Positions 32,042-41,394 of a stretch of 64,000 nt of DNA are shown one piece after another (the stretch's first letter is position 1; each line of letters begins with the position of its first letter). The notes under the pieces were generated by a model. That model was not told the origin of the DNA and searched no databases. It saw only the letters and a list, made by a program, of their open reading frames with translations. The DNA is taken from positions 928,001 to 992,000 of the forward strand of contig CAVSHF010000003.1 in the NCBI GenBank assembly GCA_963727805.1. Reading direction: 5' to 3'. A program made the translations under genes and the position numbers. This DNA is from an uncultured Nitrospiraceae bacterium (GTDB lineage: Bacteria; Nitrospirota; Thermodesulfovibrionia; Thermodesulfovibrionales; Dissulfurispiraceae).

Positions 32042-32162
32042 TGGAGAGAGGCAGTGGGAATCGGACCCACTCTCGGTTCATTAATATATGGCAAGCGCTC
32101 AATTGCCTTGAACCGTGATGCTGGTTTTGCACACCAGATGAGGCACCAGCCCCATGCCCCCC
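32042..32162 (-). tRNA. Non-canonical tRNA-Sec-shaped tRNA with Cys anticodon GCA (selC*-like), possibly degenerate
   Basis: Acceptor GGGGGGCA/TGCCTCTC (8 bp) + T73 + CCA; D arm TGGGGC-TGGT-GCCTCA; anticodon arm CTGGT-GTGCAAA-ACCAG; variable arm of about 50 nt; T arm GTGGG-TCCGATT-CCCAC. Confidence 0.8.
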
Positions 32163-32350
32163 GGAAACAGCTCAGAGTAGAGACGGTCATCTCCTATTAC
32201 TTCATCCATACGATGGAAACAGTAGCTTATTTGACCAGATATGGTTTCCGAACCGGAATGGCGAAACTGAAGAGTATTCATATTTTCATTCAATTCGCCT
32301 TTATTGATACGTCGTGGGTAGTTGTCTCAGAGAGTGTACTATATTTAAGG

Positions 32351-32374
32351 CCTATGCCTATGCCTATGCCTATG
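32351..32374. repeat. Hexamer tandem repeat (CCTATG)4
   Basis: Read directly from the sequence. Confidence 0.9.
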
Positions 32375-32518
32375 ATAGCCCGGTGGATCATTAGCAGTTA
32401 AATTAATATAGATGATGTCAATATGTAAAATAGATTAATTGAATAGTTTAAACTGGAGTTATAGATTTGTCCCCACAATCTAAAGATGGATGGATGATGA
32501 CTGGCTGAGATCCAAGCG

Positions 32519-32748
32519 TTACATTAAAGTTGCAGATTCGAAATCTACGGGACAGACAGCTTCAAAGAGCCCGCATAGGCCGCATTCAAAATGAATTAAC
32601 CGGTGCCCTCTGTCAGCAGGTCGAAAGGCCTTGGCTATTTTATTAGGAAGACCATATTTCTGTAGGAAACCGCACTCGGACTAGCACTCTCCGCATTCAA
32701 CGCATTTTTGGCTATCTCAGCCGTCACCGAAAGTGAAGAGATATTCAT
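32519..32748 (-). pseudogene. 5' stub of a 2x[4Fe-4S] (Fe-S)-binding protein gene
   Basis: ATG at 32748, then a frameshift into KCVECGEC*SECGFLQKYG...FECGLCGLFEAVCPVD...*. Internal TAG at 32681-32683, one Cys changed to Phe, truncated. Confidence 0.75.
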
Positions 32749-32775
32749 GTTTGTTCCCCGAGATGTATTCACCTT

Positions 32776-33528
32776 TTATTTTGCAATCGGCATCCCGGCC
32801 TCTTTCCATGAGGCATAAAGGGTCTGGAAGATATTCGGATAAGCAAGTTTCATCAATTTCCGGTACGCTATATAACTCCGACTTCCAGTGTTGCAATAGA
32901 CAATAATCTTTTTTCCCTTCGGTAATACATCGGATTTTGACGCAAAAACATCAACTGGAATATTAATTGCCGACGGGATATGTCCTTCATTGAATTCTCC
33001 AGGTTCTCTTACATCGACGAGCACGTAATCTCCTTTATCCTCTTTCAGAAGGCTTTGCACTTGAGCGGGACTCAGCATAATTGTCTCTATTTTTTTGCTG
33101 TAATTGGGGCCTGCAACAAAACACAGATCCTTCTCTTCCCAAACAGGAAATCCTTCACTGTAGACCATGATATTTTTATACCCAGCAATTTCCACCTTTT
33201 GCGCGAGTTTCTTGCTCTTGCCACATTTGATGCCATTACAGTAGATCACTAGAAGGGTATTTTTGTCAGTGGGAAGTTTTGATGAGGCATTTTCAAACTT
33301 ATTCTCTGGAATATTGATTGCATCGACGATGTGTGCATCATCATATTCTTCTTTTGTTCTGGCATCTATGAGGATAAATTCCATTTTTGAATCCATCATT
33401 TCCTTCAGTGCTTCGGTGGTGACGACCTTAGATTCCGCAGCGGCACAGAGCCCAAAAACAAATAAAACACTCATTAACGTCAGGCAGACCAGTACTGCTC
33501 GAAATTTCCGAAATCTTATGGAATCCAT
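32776..33528 (-). CDS. Exported tandem rhodanese-domain protein
   Basis: Signal peptide; IDAR...HIVDAINIP...YCNGIKCGKS; VDVR...GHIPSAINIP...YCNTGSRS. Start re-called to 33528 (GGGAGG RBS). Confidence 0.9.
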   Translation of the reverse strand: MDSIRFRKFRAVLVCLTLMSVLFVFGLCAAAESKVVTTEALKEMMDSKMEFILIDARTKEEYDDAHIVDAINIPENKFENASSKLPTDKNTLLVIYCNGIKCGKSKKLAQKVEIAGYKNIMVYSEGFPVWEEKDLCFVAGPNYSKKIETIMLSPAQVQSLLKEDKGDYVLVDVREPGEFNEGHIPSAINIPVDVFASKSDVLPKGKKIIVYCNTGSRSYIAYRKLMKLAYPNIFQTLYASWKEAGMPIAK

Positions 33529-33876
33529 CGTTCCTCCCTCAGGATTATCTTCAATGGAGAGTACCCGTCCTTTCTCCATCGTTTCATGTTGCTACTCATA
33601 TTTTAGAAGTGATAATGAAAGTAAACGTATAATAGATGCCAAAGCCTTTTGGGCGAACATGCAACCTATTCGGACATGCTGATTACATCCTGCTAACATT
33701 GCCTTGTATTTTGCGCAGTTCGCCTCCAAAATAGGTATAGGGATAAACTGATGATACGCTATTTCAATTCACAGAATACCGAGATAAAGGAATTCAATTA
33801 GCATTCCGGCAAGGTCTTACGGATACTCTGTAAACGTCATCATAAAACACATTTTTCAAAATGCTAAGGAAACAAC

Positions 33877-33905
33877 GGGGAGAGACGAATCGATCAGTCC
33901 CTCCC
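33877..33905 (-). terminator. Probable intrinsic terminator after the single-domain rhodanese
   Basis: GGGGAGGGAC/GTCTCTCCCC stem followed by GTTGTTT on the minus strand. Confidence 0.5.
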
Positions 33906-33924
33906 CCTGCATTGAAAAAGATTT

Positions 33925-34428
33925 TTATTTTACGCTTTCCATAGGATAATCCGCCTCTTTCCAAGCCTTAATCCCACCGGGATGTCGATAGACATTCTTA
34001 TAGCCGAGTTTGATCGCCCACATCGCTGCGTTATGGCTACGGGTGCATTCCGTAAACCCACAATAAAAGACAAGCGTCCGGTTTTTGTCTGGTCCAAGGA
34101 GTTTCTCGAACTCGGTCTTCTTATTCTCATCCAACACGGTCACTTCCGGGATCGGGAACTCGAACTGGACGGCTCCCAATATATGATTTTTTTTATAGCT
34201 TGCCTCATATGGCATGGTATCGACAATGAACATGTCCTTCTTTTGGTCAATCCAGGTCTTTAATTCCTCAGTGGTAACTATTTTATATCCGCCTCGTTCC
34301 AGTTCGTGGGCGAAGTTCACAGCGACCTTTTCGGTTTCAAGGTCTTTGTTGCCCAATGAATAGGCACTCGGTGAAAAAGAGAGAACCAGCAAAAAAACAA
34401 ATAGACAAAATAGTGTCTTCTTCGGCAT
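33925..34428 (-). CDS. Exported rhodanese-domain protein
   Basis: Signal peptide; VDTMP...HILGA...FYCGFTECTRSH...GGIKAW. Start re-called to 34428. Confidence 0.9.
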   Translation of the reverse strand: MPKKTLFCLFVFLLVLSFSPSAYSLGNKDLETEKVAVNFAHELERGGYKIVTTEELKTWIDQKKDMFIVDTMPYEASYKKNHILGAVQFEFPIPEVTVLDENKKTEFEKLLGPDKNRTLVFYCGFTECTRSHNAAMWAIKLGYKNVYRHPGGIKAWKEADYPMESVK

Positions 34429-34797
34429 CGTTACATACTCCTTTAGTTTAGTTAATAGATTGGATTGAGCCAAGTCCATTGCCGCTGCTGCGGTGTGTAT
34501 ATTATGATACGATTTAAGGCAGACCAGGTCTAATAGATAATGGGCTTGCTTGCTCTGTTATTGATTGGAATTACCTATCGAAGCCAATCCACTAGATGGA
34601 GAGAGTGAAGGGGACATACGGGAGTGGCTCTCAGCCTCGTCATCTGAAGTGTTGAAACCAACTAAGAGATTGGAATCCTGAGAAGGACTGAGTGCTTACA
34701 GTGCGCCCAACAGATCTGACGGACCAATTTTAGCCGCTCAGCCACACGTGAGAGAGAGTCCAGTTAATGTTTTTTACCGGAAGAATTTCATTCTTTG

Positions 34798-35394
34798 TTA
34801 CCAGCCAGACATCTGTCGAGGGAAGTAATTTCCATAGCGAAGCTCTCTCAGCAGATCGTTCATGCCATGAATATCTTTATCGAACACAGTCACGATTTTC
34901 CCTACCTCTTCCAGAGTATGGGCATCACTGCCTCCGACCTGCTTTATTCCGTTACCCTGTCTATTCAGCCATTCATTGCACAAACCGTTCTCGGCAGGGT
35001 GATTTCTCCCGTTTAGCCCCTCAACAATTTGAGAGTTTTGAAGAACGCTTGTCAGAACTGGCCTGTTGTGACGGAAAGGATGGGCCGGAATCGCAACTCC
35101 GTCTTCTCTTTGAACCCACGGAAGAAGCTCATCGGCATCCATGTGGTGTGGAATACGATCAAAAGGTCCAAATACCAGAAAGTCCCCCTTTGGTGTTGTA
35201 TATTCCATGCCGACAATAACACATATCCCATATCTATCAGCGATACTTTCGAATACTGATTTTGAAGCTACAGAATCATGATCTGTTATGCAAATTCCGT
35301 GTAGGCCGACATCGCTTGCTCTTCTTAGGAGTTGAGGGATATCGATTATACTGCAAGGCGAAAAGTGAGTATGGATATGCATATCTATAACCAT
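34798..35394 (-). CDS. PHP-domain metallophosphoesterase
   Basis: DMHIHT, ITDH, GME, AHP and GGSDAH motifs. Confidence 0.92.
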   Translation of the reverse strand: MVIDMHIHTHFSPCSIIDIPQLLRRASDVGLHGICITDHDSVASKSVFESIADRYGICVIVGMEYTTPKGDFLVFGPFDRIPHHMDADELLPWVQREDGVAIPAHPFRHNRPVLTSVLQNSQIVEGLNGRNHPAENGLCNEWLNRQGNGIKQVGGSDAHTLEEVGKIVTVFDKDIHGMNDLLRELRYGNYFPRQMSGW

Positions 35395-35513
35395 ACTTTA
35401 ATACTAGCCCCCCGGTCTTATTCAGTCAAATAGGTACTATCAATGGAAGAAGTAAATTCTATCGCTCAAATCTATTCGCCGGAGGTGAAAGGTAATGGTA
35501 TGATAGAAATCAA

Positions 35514-36812
35514 ATGCGCTGCATATTAGTAATTCTTGACGGCATTGGCGATAGGGGACAGGTCTGCTTTGATGGCAAGACTCCCCTTGATGCTGCATAC
35601 ACGCCTAACATGGATCATCTCGCCTCTATAGGGATGAATGGCCTGTATCATAGTCTGGCGCAGGGCATTCCAATGTCAAGCGAAACCGCTCATTTTTTAA
35701 TCTTTGGCAATGATATCGAGGACTTTCCCGGAAGGGGTGTTATTGAGGCCATAGGTGAGGGGATTCCTGTCGAAAATACGGATGTTGCAATACTGTGCCA
35801 TTTGTGCTCTGTTGACAAAAAAGATAATTGTCTCATCCTAACCCATGGGCGCCCCGAAAGCCATGACGAAGTACTTATGGCATTGAAAGAAGAGATAAGG
35901 ACATTTGAAGCTGAGGGGATAGAGATCCAACTCGTACATTCCAGAAAGATCGATGGCTTTCTTATGTTAAAAGGAGATGTATCGGCGGATATAACCGATT
36001 CCGACCCTATATACGAAGGGAAGCGGGTTATTGAGGTTATGCCGACGCTTCGACAAACGATCACGAGAGCATCAGAAAAAACTGCGGCAGTATTAAATCG
36101 ATATCTGATCTGGTCTCATCAAAAGCTCTCTGCTCATCCCACCAATATGGATAGAATTGCAGGTGGCCTCCTACCCATGAACGCTCTTGTTACTCAAAGA
36201 GCAGGTAAAAAAAGAGAATTGGCATCTTTCACGAAGAAATGGGGGCTTCGGGGCCTCTCAATCTCTTCTGGTCCCATCTATTGGGGGTTATGCAGTGAAT
36301 TGGGGATAGAAACCGTAAAAGTCCGAGACACAGGAAATATTGAAGAAGACTTGAAATACCGTCTCCGCGTCGCCAAGGATGCCAAGAATTATGATTTCAT
36401 CCATGTCCACACGAAGATGCCTGACGAGGCTGGTCATACAAAAAACCCTCAGTACAAGAAAGAAGTCATTGAAGCTATCGATCGAGCGATGTCTGTTGCT
36501 ATCAGTGAAATCATACCAGATAATGAAGTCTTGCTTGTTGTTACCGCAGATCATTCTACGGCAAGCTCGGGTATTATGATACACACAGGTGAGACGGTAC
36601 CACTGACCATGGTCGGCAAATATGTGAGAAGGGATAAGGTCGGAGAATTTAATGAAGTCAGTTGCGCAAGCGGAGCGTTGGGAATTGTAAAAGGGAAGGA
36701 ATTGATGTACCTCATTCTTAATTTTCTTGACAGGATAAAAATGTATGGACTTATGGATACACCCGTCGATCAGCCATACTATCCTGGGAATTATAAGCCG
36801 TTGACACTGTAA
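35514..36812 (+). CDS. Archaeal-type cofactor-independent phosphoglycerate mutase family (ApgM-like) metalloenzyme
   Basis: ILDGIGD, TPL.AA.TPNMD, SETAH, GRG..EA.G, DEAGH, VTADHST and H...VP. Confidence 0.88.
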   Translation: MRCILVILDGIGDRGQVCFDGKTPLDAAYTPNMDHLASIGMNGLYHSLAQGIPMSSETAHFLIFGNDIEDFPGRGVIEAIGEGIPVENTDVAILCHLCSVDKKDNCLILTHGRPESHDEVLMALKEEIRTFEAEGIEIQLVHSRKIDGFLMLKGDVSADITDSDPIYEGKRVIEVMPTLRQTITRASEKTAAVLNRYLIWSHQKLSAHPTNMDRIAGGLLPMNALVTQRAGKKRELASFTKKWGLRGLSISSGPIYWGLCSELGIETVKVRDTGNIEEDLKYRLRVAKDAKNYDFIHVHTKMPDEAGHTKNPQYKKEVIEAIDRAMSVAISEIIPDNEVLLVVTADHSTASSGIMIHTGETVPLTMVGKYVRRDKVGEFNEVSCASGALGIVKGKELMYLILNFLDRIKMYGLMDTPVDQPYYPGNYKPLTL

Positions 36813-36816
36813 TCAT

Positions 36817-37641
36817 ATGGAGAAAAGGCTTCTCGATATTTTGGCCACCAAGCCAACACTTGTCTTTAATTTCCCCGAGTGGATGCTCCCTGCGGCAATG
36901 ATTGATGAGATCCTAGAGACAGCGGATACTATCATAGTTGAAATGGCGGGAAGGGATAGCATTGCAGCGGCAATAAAGGCAACCAGTATGATCTCGGTCA
37001 AAGCGGTCATCCCCACTATAGCCTACTCCGGCACAGAATTCGGAAGCTGGGAGATACTGCTAAAAAAAACCGCCTTTCTCAAAGAGAGGCTAAAAAGTTT
37101 CGACATTAAGGTTTTTGACCCCGTCTTTTTGGGTGATGCCAGACTCTGGCGAGTGCTCTGCGGAAGATATACGACTCATCTTTTCAAGCGTTTCGGCTTT
37201 TATACGCCCTGTGTGGGTTGCCATTTATATCTTCATGTCTTAAGAATACCCCTGGCGAAAATGTTGGGCTGCAAGAAGGTCATCGGCGGAGAACGCGAAA
37301 CTCATGACGGCAAAATCAAACTCAATCAAATCAGCATTGCCCTTGATGCATATATCGACCTGCTCCAGAATTTCGGCATAGAACTCATTTTGCCGCTCAG
37401 GCACGTCAAATCAGGTAACGATGTAGAGTCAATTATAGGACAACATTGGGAGGAAGGAGGGGAACAAATGCAGTGTATCATGAGTAATAATTATCGAGAG
37501 GTTGATGGTTCCGCAGTCTATGTAGAAAACTCCATGAAAAGATACTTCGATGAGTTTGCATTAAATATTGCTGAAAGAGCGATACGTAGTTATCTTGAGA
37601 AAAAGACACCTGAATATGAAAAGCTGATTCAGTCTCCTTAA
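36817..37641 (+). CDS. Hypothetical protein with adenine-nucleotide alpha-hydrolase (PP-loop)-like features and CxxC
   Basis: IVEMAGRDS resembles SGGxDS; also PCVGCH, IGGER and LPL. Starts 4 nt after the mutase stop codon. Confidence 0.6.
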   Translation: MEKRLLDILATKPTLVFNFPEWMLPAAMIDEILETADTIIVEMAGRDSIAAAIKATSMISVKAVIPTIAYSGTEFGSWEILLKKTAFLKERLKSFDIKVFDPVFLGDARLWRVLCGRYTTHLFKRFGFYTPCVGCHLYLHVLRIPLAKMLGCKKVIGGERETHDGKIKLNQISIALDAYIDLLQNFGIELILPLRHVKSGNDVESIIGQHWEEGGEQMQCIMSNNYREVDGSAVYVENSMKRYFDEFALNIAERAIRSYLEKKTPEYEKLIQSP

Positions 37642-37820
37642 TTTGCATGTTACATGCGCGCACTACCTTGATCACATGCCAAATGTGCTTATTGACAGTG
37701 TCTTTCTTTCCCATGCCTCTCACACTCCTTCAGTCCGAAGGCCGTATAAGTGTGGGGGGATGGCTGCACATCTGCCACCCCCTCCTTGTTATGCCCTTCT
37801 ATCCGGGCATGCACGAAGAA

Positions 37821-38381
37821 TTACTTAGTAGCCGATTCCGTCTTAGACTGCAGTTTTGAGATAACTTTTTGCATGCGAAGCTTGGACTTTGCAAGTCTTC
37901 CCTGAACCACGGCCTGCTGGTCTGGTGTAAGTATCGGCATCACCTGGCTGAAGACTTTTGCGCGTGAAATGGCCATCTTCTCCTGTGCTGCTGAAACATC
38001 TCCGAATGCTTTCTGCACGGCGGATTGATCAAATGTTGAGCTAGTCGTGGCCATCATCAGGTTCTGTCTCGCTTGGAGAACTGCAATTCTGCCCTCGATA
38101 AACTCCTTGTGATGACCTTTCATAATGCCTTTGACCTGCTCTTTTTGGGCCGATGTAAGATTGAGCCCCTTGAACATCTTCCACTCGTGATGTCCGCAAC
38201 GCCCACCATGTTTATGGTGTTTGCCATACTTTCCATCCATGCCATGTTTACCCTGTTCTACATGCCTCTGCCCACCATCGCGGTCACCCTCCGCATACAC
38301 ATTGGAAACCATGCTGCCTCCCAGCAGCATGGTTAGCGACACTGCTGCAGCCAATGCAGAAAAACGACTTAACCCCTTCAT
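37821..38381 (-). CDS. Spy/CpxP-family periplasmic chaperone
   Basis: Signal peptide, a His-rich segment and two LTxxQ motifs (LNLTSAQ, ILTPDQ). Confidence 0.9.
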   Translation of the reverse strand: MKGLSRFSALAAAVSLTMLLGGSMVSNVYAEGDRDGGQRHVEQGKHGMDGKYGKHHKHGGRCGHHEWKMFKGLNLTSAQKEQVKGIMKGHHKEFIEGRIAVLQARQNLMMATTSSTFDQSAVQKAFGDVSAAQEKMAISRAKVFSQVMPILTPDQQAVVQGRLAKSKLRMQKVISKLQSKTESATK

Positions 38382-38419
38382 TACATTTCCTCCTTTGAAA
38401 GTTTATCTTCTATAACTTA

Positions 38420-38448
38420 TAGACGAGCAAGATTATCAAAAGGTTACA
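38420..38448 (-). promoter_or_regulatory. ECF-sigma-type promoter TGTAAC-N17-CGTCTA for the Spy/CpxP gene
   Basis: Minus strand TGTAACcttttgataatcttgctCGTCTA; the same motif and spacing recur at 38773-38801. Confidence 0.7.
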
Positions 38449-38772
38449 AGTATGAAGATATTGACCAACAGGAATAGAGTATTTTACGAAACTGTTGAAA
38501 TGTTGGGGTTAATGTTTGGGGTGCTGAAAGTTCCAGCACTGAATAATGCGGAACTCTAACCGTGCGTTAGCAAACATGAGCCCTATACGGTTTGTATTCT
38601 GTGTGGCGGAAGACTATTGGATAGTTTCCGCCTTCACAGAAAAGCTACCACAACCTTAAGCACATTCACACTTAAGCCGCTGGCGCTGCCTTTGAGCCTT
38701 AGTCTTCAATCTCGTCAAATTATGATCATTCCTTCAGTAGATCAATCGGTCTGTTGCCAATTTACTAGTCTT

Positions 38773-38801
38773 TGTAACCTTTTATATCTCAGCATCGTCT
38801 A
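38773..38801 (+). promoter_or_regulatory. ECF-sigma-type promoter TGTAAC-N17-CGTCTA for tonB-exbBD
   Basis: TGTAACcttttatatctcagcatCGTCTA. Confidence 0.7.
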
Positions 38802-38888
38802 TCTACAGGGAGATAAGATCTGAAGTAATCGAAAAAGAACTGCTTCAAAATGAATATTCTGACATAAGTCATTGAGCTGAGAAAGACT

Positions 38889-39728
38889 TTGAAACGATTT
38901 GTAATTATTTCAATCATTTTTCACACTTTAATTATCGTTATTGCCCTTTTTCTAATATCAAATAAAAGACAAGAGGAGCAAAAGCCTTTTATTGCGCGGA
39001 TTGTTACACCGGAAGAATTGAGCAATGAAGGGAAGAAAGAGAATACTGCTGTACTGAAAAAAGACAGAAACAGCAAAAGCGATCACAACATCAGGATACA
39101 CAGCATGAAAAGAGAAGCCCCGAAAGTTTTGTCGGCTATCCCCGCAAGTCCTTCGGCAAAAGAGTCTCCTCTTGGACCGCCTGCTTTAGCGAGAGAACTA
39201 CCTTCAAAGGGCGGAGGGATGAAATCACTCCCTGATTTGGGGGGCGCGAAAGAATACAGAGAAGAGAGCGGCGCACAACGCTCTGGAAAAGAGCTGCAGC
39301 CCGGAGCCCAGCAATCCCCAATGAGGGAACGGCTTTTTGACCGGGACATTATCGCGAAATTGTCTAAACAGGATCAGGAGGGTGTACAGAATGGCAGTTC
39401 AATTACTTTCGATACTGAAGAATTTAAATATTACGGATACATGCAACGCCTGAAAGAAAAGATAGAAAGCGTATGGAAATATCCTCCTGATGCTGCTGCA
39501 CGGGGAGAGTATGGCGATCTGTATATACAGTTTACGATCAAGAAAAATGGGAAGATCGGGGCAGTGGAATTAGTCAAAACATCGGGGCATCCCAACCTCG
39601 ACGCCGCGGCGATAATAGCGCTAAAAAATGCGGATCCCTATTGGCCGCTTCCCGATGCCATGGGTAAGGACAGTCTGACAATCACCGGTCATTTTATCTA
39701 TGTCAATGGAGGATACTACATCAGATAA
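38889..39728 (+). CDS. TonB/TolA-family energy transducer
   Basis: N-terminal TM helix with SxxxH (SIIFH); low-complexity linker; C-terminal WKYP...G...F.I...G...SG...LD.AA domain. Confidence 0.85.
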   Translation: MKRFVIISIIFHTLIIVIALFLISNKRQEEQKPFIARIVTPEELSNEGKKENTAVLKKDRNSKSDHNIRIHSMKREAPKVLSAIPASPSAKESPLGPPALARELPSKGGGMKSLPDLGGAKEYREESGAQRSGKELQPGAQQSPMRERLFDRDIIAKLSKQDQEGVQNGSSITFDTEEFKYYGYMQRLKEKIESVWKYPPDAAARGEYGDLYIQFTIKKNGKIGAVELVKTSGHPNLDAAAIIALKNADPYWPLPDAMGKDSLTITGHFIYVNGGYYIR

Positions 39729-39863
39729 CAATTCAAGCACCCTCAGCAGTGAAATACCTTGTGCCAACGGAGTGACTGTTTATTATCGTAAGAGGAACTG
39801 CCACAACACACTGTCAGATTAAACTTATCAGTTTTTGCATTGCTCTATTTTTAAGGAGGTCAG

Positions 39864-40493
39864 ATGGAACAGTCAGCTTTACAAATGATTTTACAGGCGG
39901 GATACGTCGTCAAGTGCGTACTGATCATTCTGTTGATGTTTTCAATTACATCATGGACGATCATATTCTATAAATGGCGGCTCTTCGCAAAAGCGGACGA
40001 TGAGAATGCCACTTTTATGAAGATCTATAATGTGTCAAAGAGTCCGAAGGATCTCTACACATCATCAAAGAAGCTCGAACTGAGCCCCCTTGCACGACTC
40101 TTCAAGTCGGTCTACTCTGAAAAGGCCTATACTGACAAGCAGGAGCTGCGGAGGATGCTCAAGAGATACGGGGCGCTCGAGTCGGCGCGGCTTGAGCGGT
40201 ACCTTAACTTCCTCGCTACAACAGGTACGACTACTCCCTTTATCGGTCTCTTCGGAACAGTGTGGGGGATAATGAATGCCTTCACTGGCATAGGAACTGC
40301 AGGATCAGCATCACTCGCTGTAGTCGCCCCGGGAATCGCCGAAGCCCTTGTCACTACGGCGATGGGTCTTGCTGCGGCCATCCCCGCCGTAATTGCCTAC
40401 AATTACAACCTGAGTCGGGTGAATCGTATGATCATCAACATGGATGACTATTCCGAGGAGCTCGTTGACTACATTCTCGGTACCGGCTTATGA
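39864..40493 (+). CDS. TolQ/ExbB proton channel
   Basis: LATTGTTTPFIGLFGTVWGIM...VVAPGIAEAL..TA.GL.AAIPA. Confidence 0.95.
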   Translation: MEQSALQMILQAGYVVKCVLIILLMFSITSWTIIFYKWRLFAKADDENATFMKIYNVSKSPKDLYTSSKKLELSPLARLFKSVYSEKAYTDKQELRRMLKRYGALESARLERYLNFLATTGTTTPFIGLFGTVWGIMNAFTGIGTAGSASLAVVAPGIAEALVTTAMGLAAAIPAVIAYNYNLSRVNRMIINMDDYSEELVDYILGTGL

Positions 40494-40891
40494 AAACCGG
40501 CCACAACAGAACCGCTTTGTCTGAAATCAACGTGACCCCCTTGGTCGACGTCATGCTGGTCTTGCTGATTATTTTCATGGTGACGGCACCTCTGATGCAG
40601 CAAGGAATAGATGTTAATCTGCCCAAGGCCAAAGGTAAAGAGCTGCCTCCCGAAGAGAGAATTACGATTATCGTCAAGAATGGTGGAGTGATCTTTCTGA
40701 ATGATAATCCAATATCGAAACAGGATATGACAAATAAGCTCTCTGCTATCAGCAAGCTCAGCCCGAATGTATTCCTAAAGGCGGACCAGGACGTTCCGTA
40801 TGGGACTGTCGTCGAGATTATGGGTGACATAAAAGATGCGGGGATAGAAAGACTTGGGATGATCACTGAGCCAAAGATTTCATTGAAATGA
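40490..40891 (+). CDS. TolR/ExbD protein
   Basis: EINVTPLVDVMLVLLIIFMVTAP; ADQDVPYG. Confidence 0.95.
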   Translation: MKTGHNRTALSEINVTPLVDVMLVLLIIFMVTAPLMQQGIDVNLPKAKGKELPPEERITIIVKNGGVIFLNDNPISKQDMTNKLSAISKLSPNVFLKADQDVPYGTVVEIMGDIKDAGIERLGMITEPKISLK

Positions 40892-41242
40892 GAACGGGGA
40901 TGTTTGAATCAGCAGGCTTCGAAATGGCGGATGTGTGAAGAACTCGATGTATTGACGCGCCTCCGGTTGATAGACTAGATTTTGAGGCTTGGCAAAGATC
41001 TCTTATACAACCCCCATTAAAAACACTAAGCACATAGTAACCTGTCGCCGGACCCGACCGTCTTTTGATTTAAAAAGGATGAAAACGTGAGCAGCTGATG
41101 TTGAAATTTAAACGCCGATTAGGACATGTTGCGCCGGCAGCCTTTGACATAGCAATCACTGTCAACAGGATAATCCTGTTCGCTTATTTTAATCTCACAT
41201 ATCGCTTTCATCGTCTTGGTACTTGATAAAGGAGGAGATTAC

Positions 41243-41359
41243 ATGAAGAGATTGAGCGGCGCAGTAATTGCCTTTTTGGTGTTGGCGATAGTAGCAATCG
41301 GGGGGTTGGCATATGAACTTATATGTTTCTATAGGCAGGTCATGGGCCTCAATATGTGA
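41243..41359 (+). CDS. 38-aa single-TM small protein (below the ORF-track cutoff)
   Basis: AAGGAGGAG RBS, then MKRLSGAVIAFLVLAIVAIGGLAYELICFYRQVMGLNM*. Confidence 0.6.
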   Translation: MKRLSGAVIAFLVLAIVAIGGLAYELICFYRQVMGLNM

Positions 41360-41394
41360 AGATGATTTGCCAGAGATTTTAACGTATTTCTCGT

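Noticed and set aside
31981..32401. ORFs 31981-32190, 32054-32401 and 32099-32293
   Set aside because: They have no protein motifs and overlap the tRNA-like cloverleaf and hexamer repeat, which explain the sequence better.
33685..33698. 14-nt match (ACATCCTGCTAACA) to the flank of the IS right end as a possible TnpB guide target
   Set aside because: The match covers only the distal part of the putative guide, while the first ~11 nt (seed) do not match. It is plausibly chance.
38597..38641. Long bulged hairpin as an attC or REP element
   Set aside because: Single copy, no integrase, and no recognisable attC R boxes.
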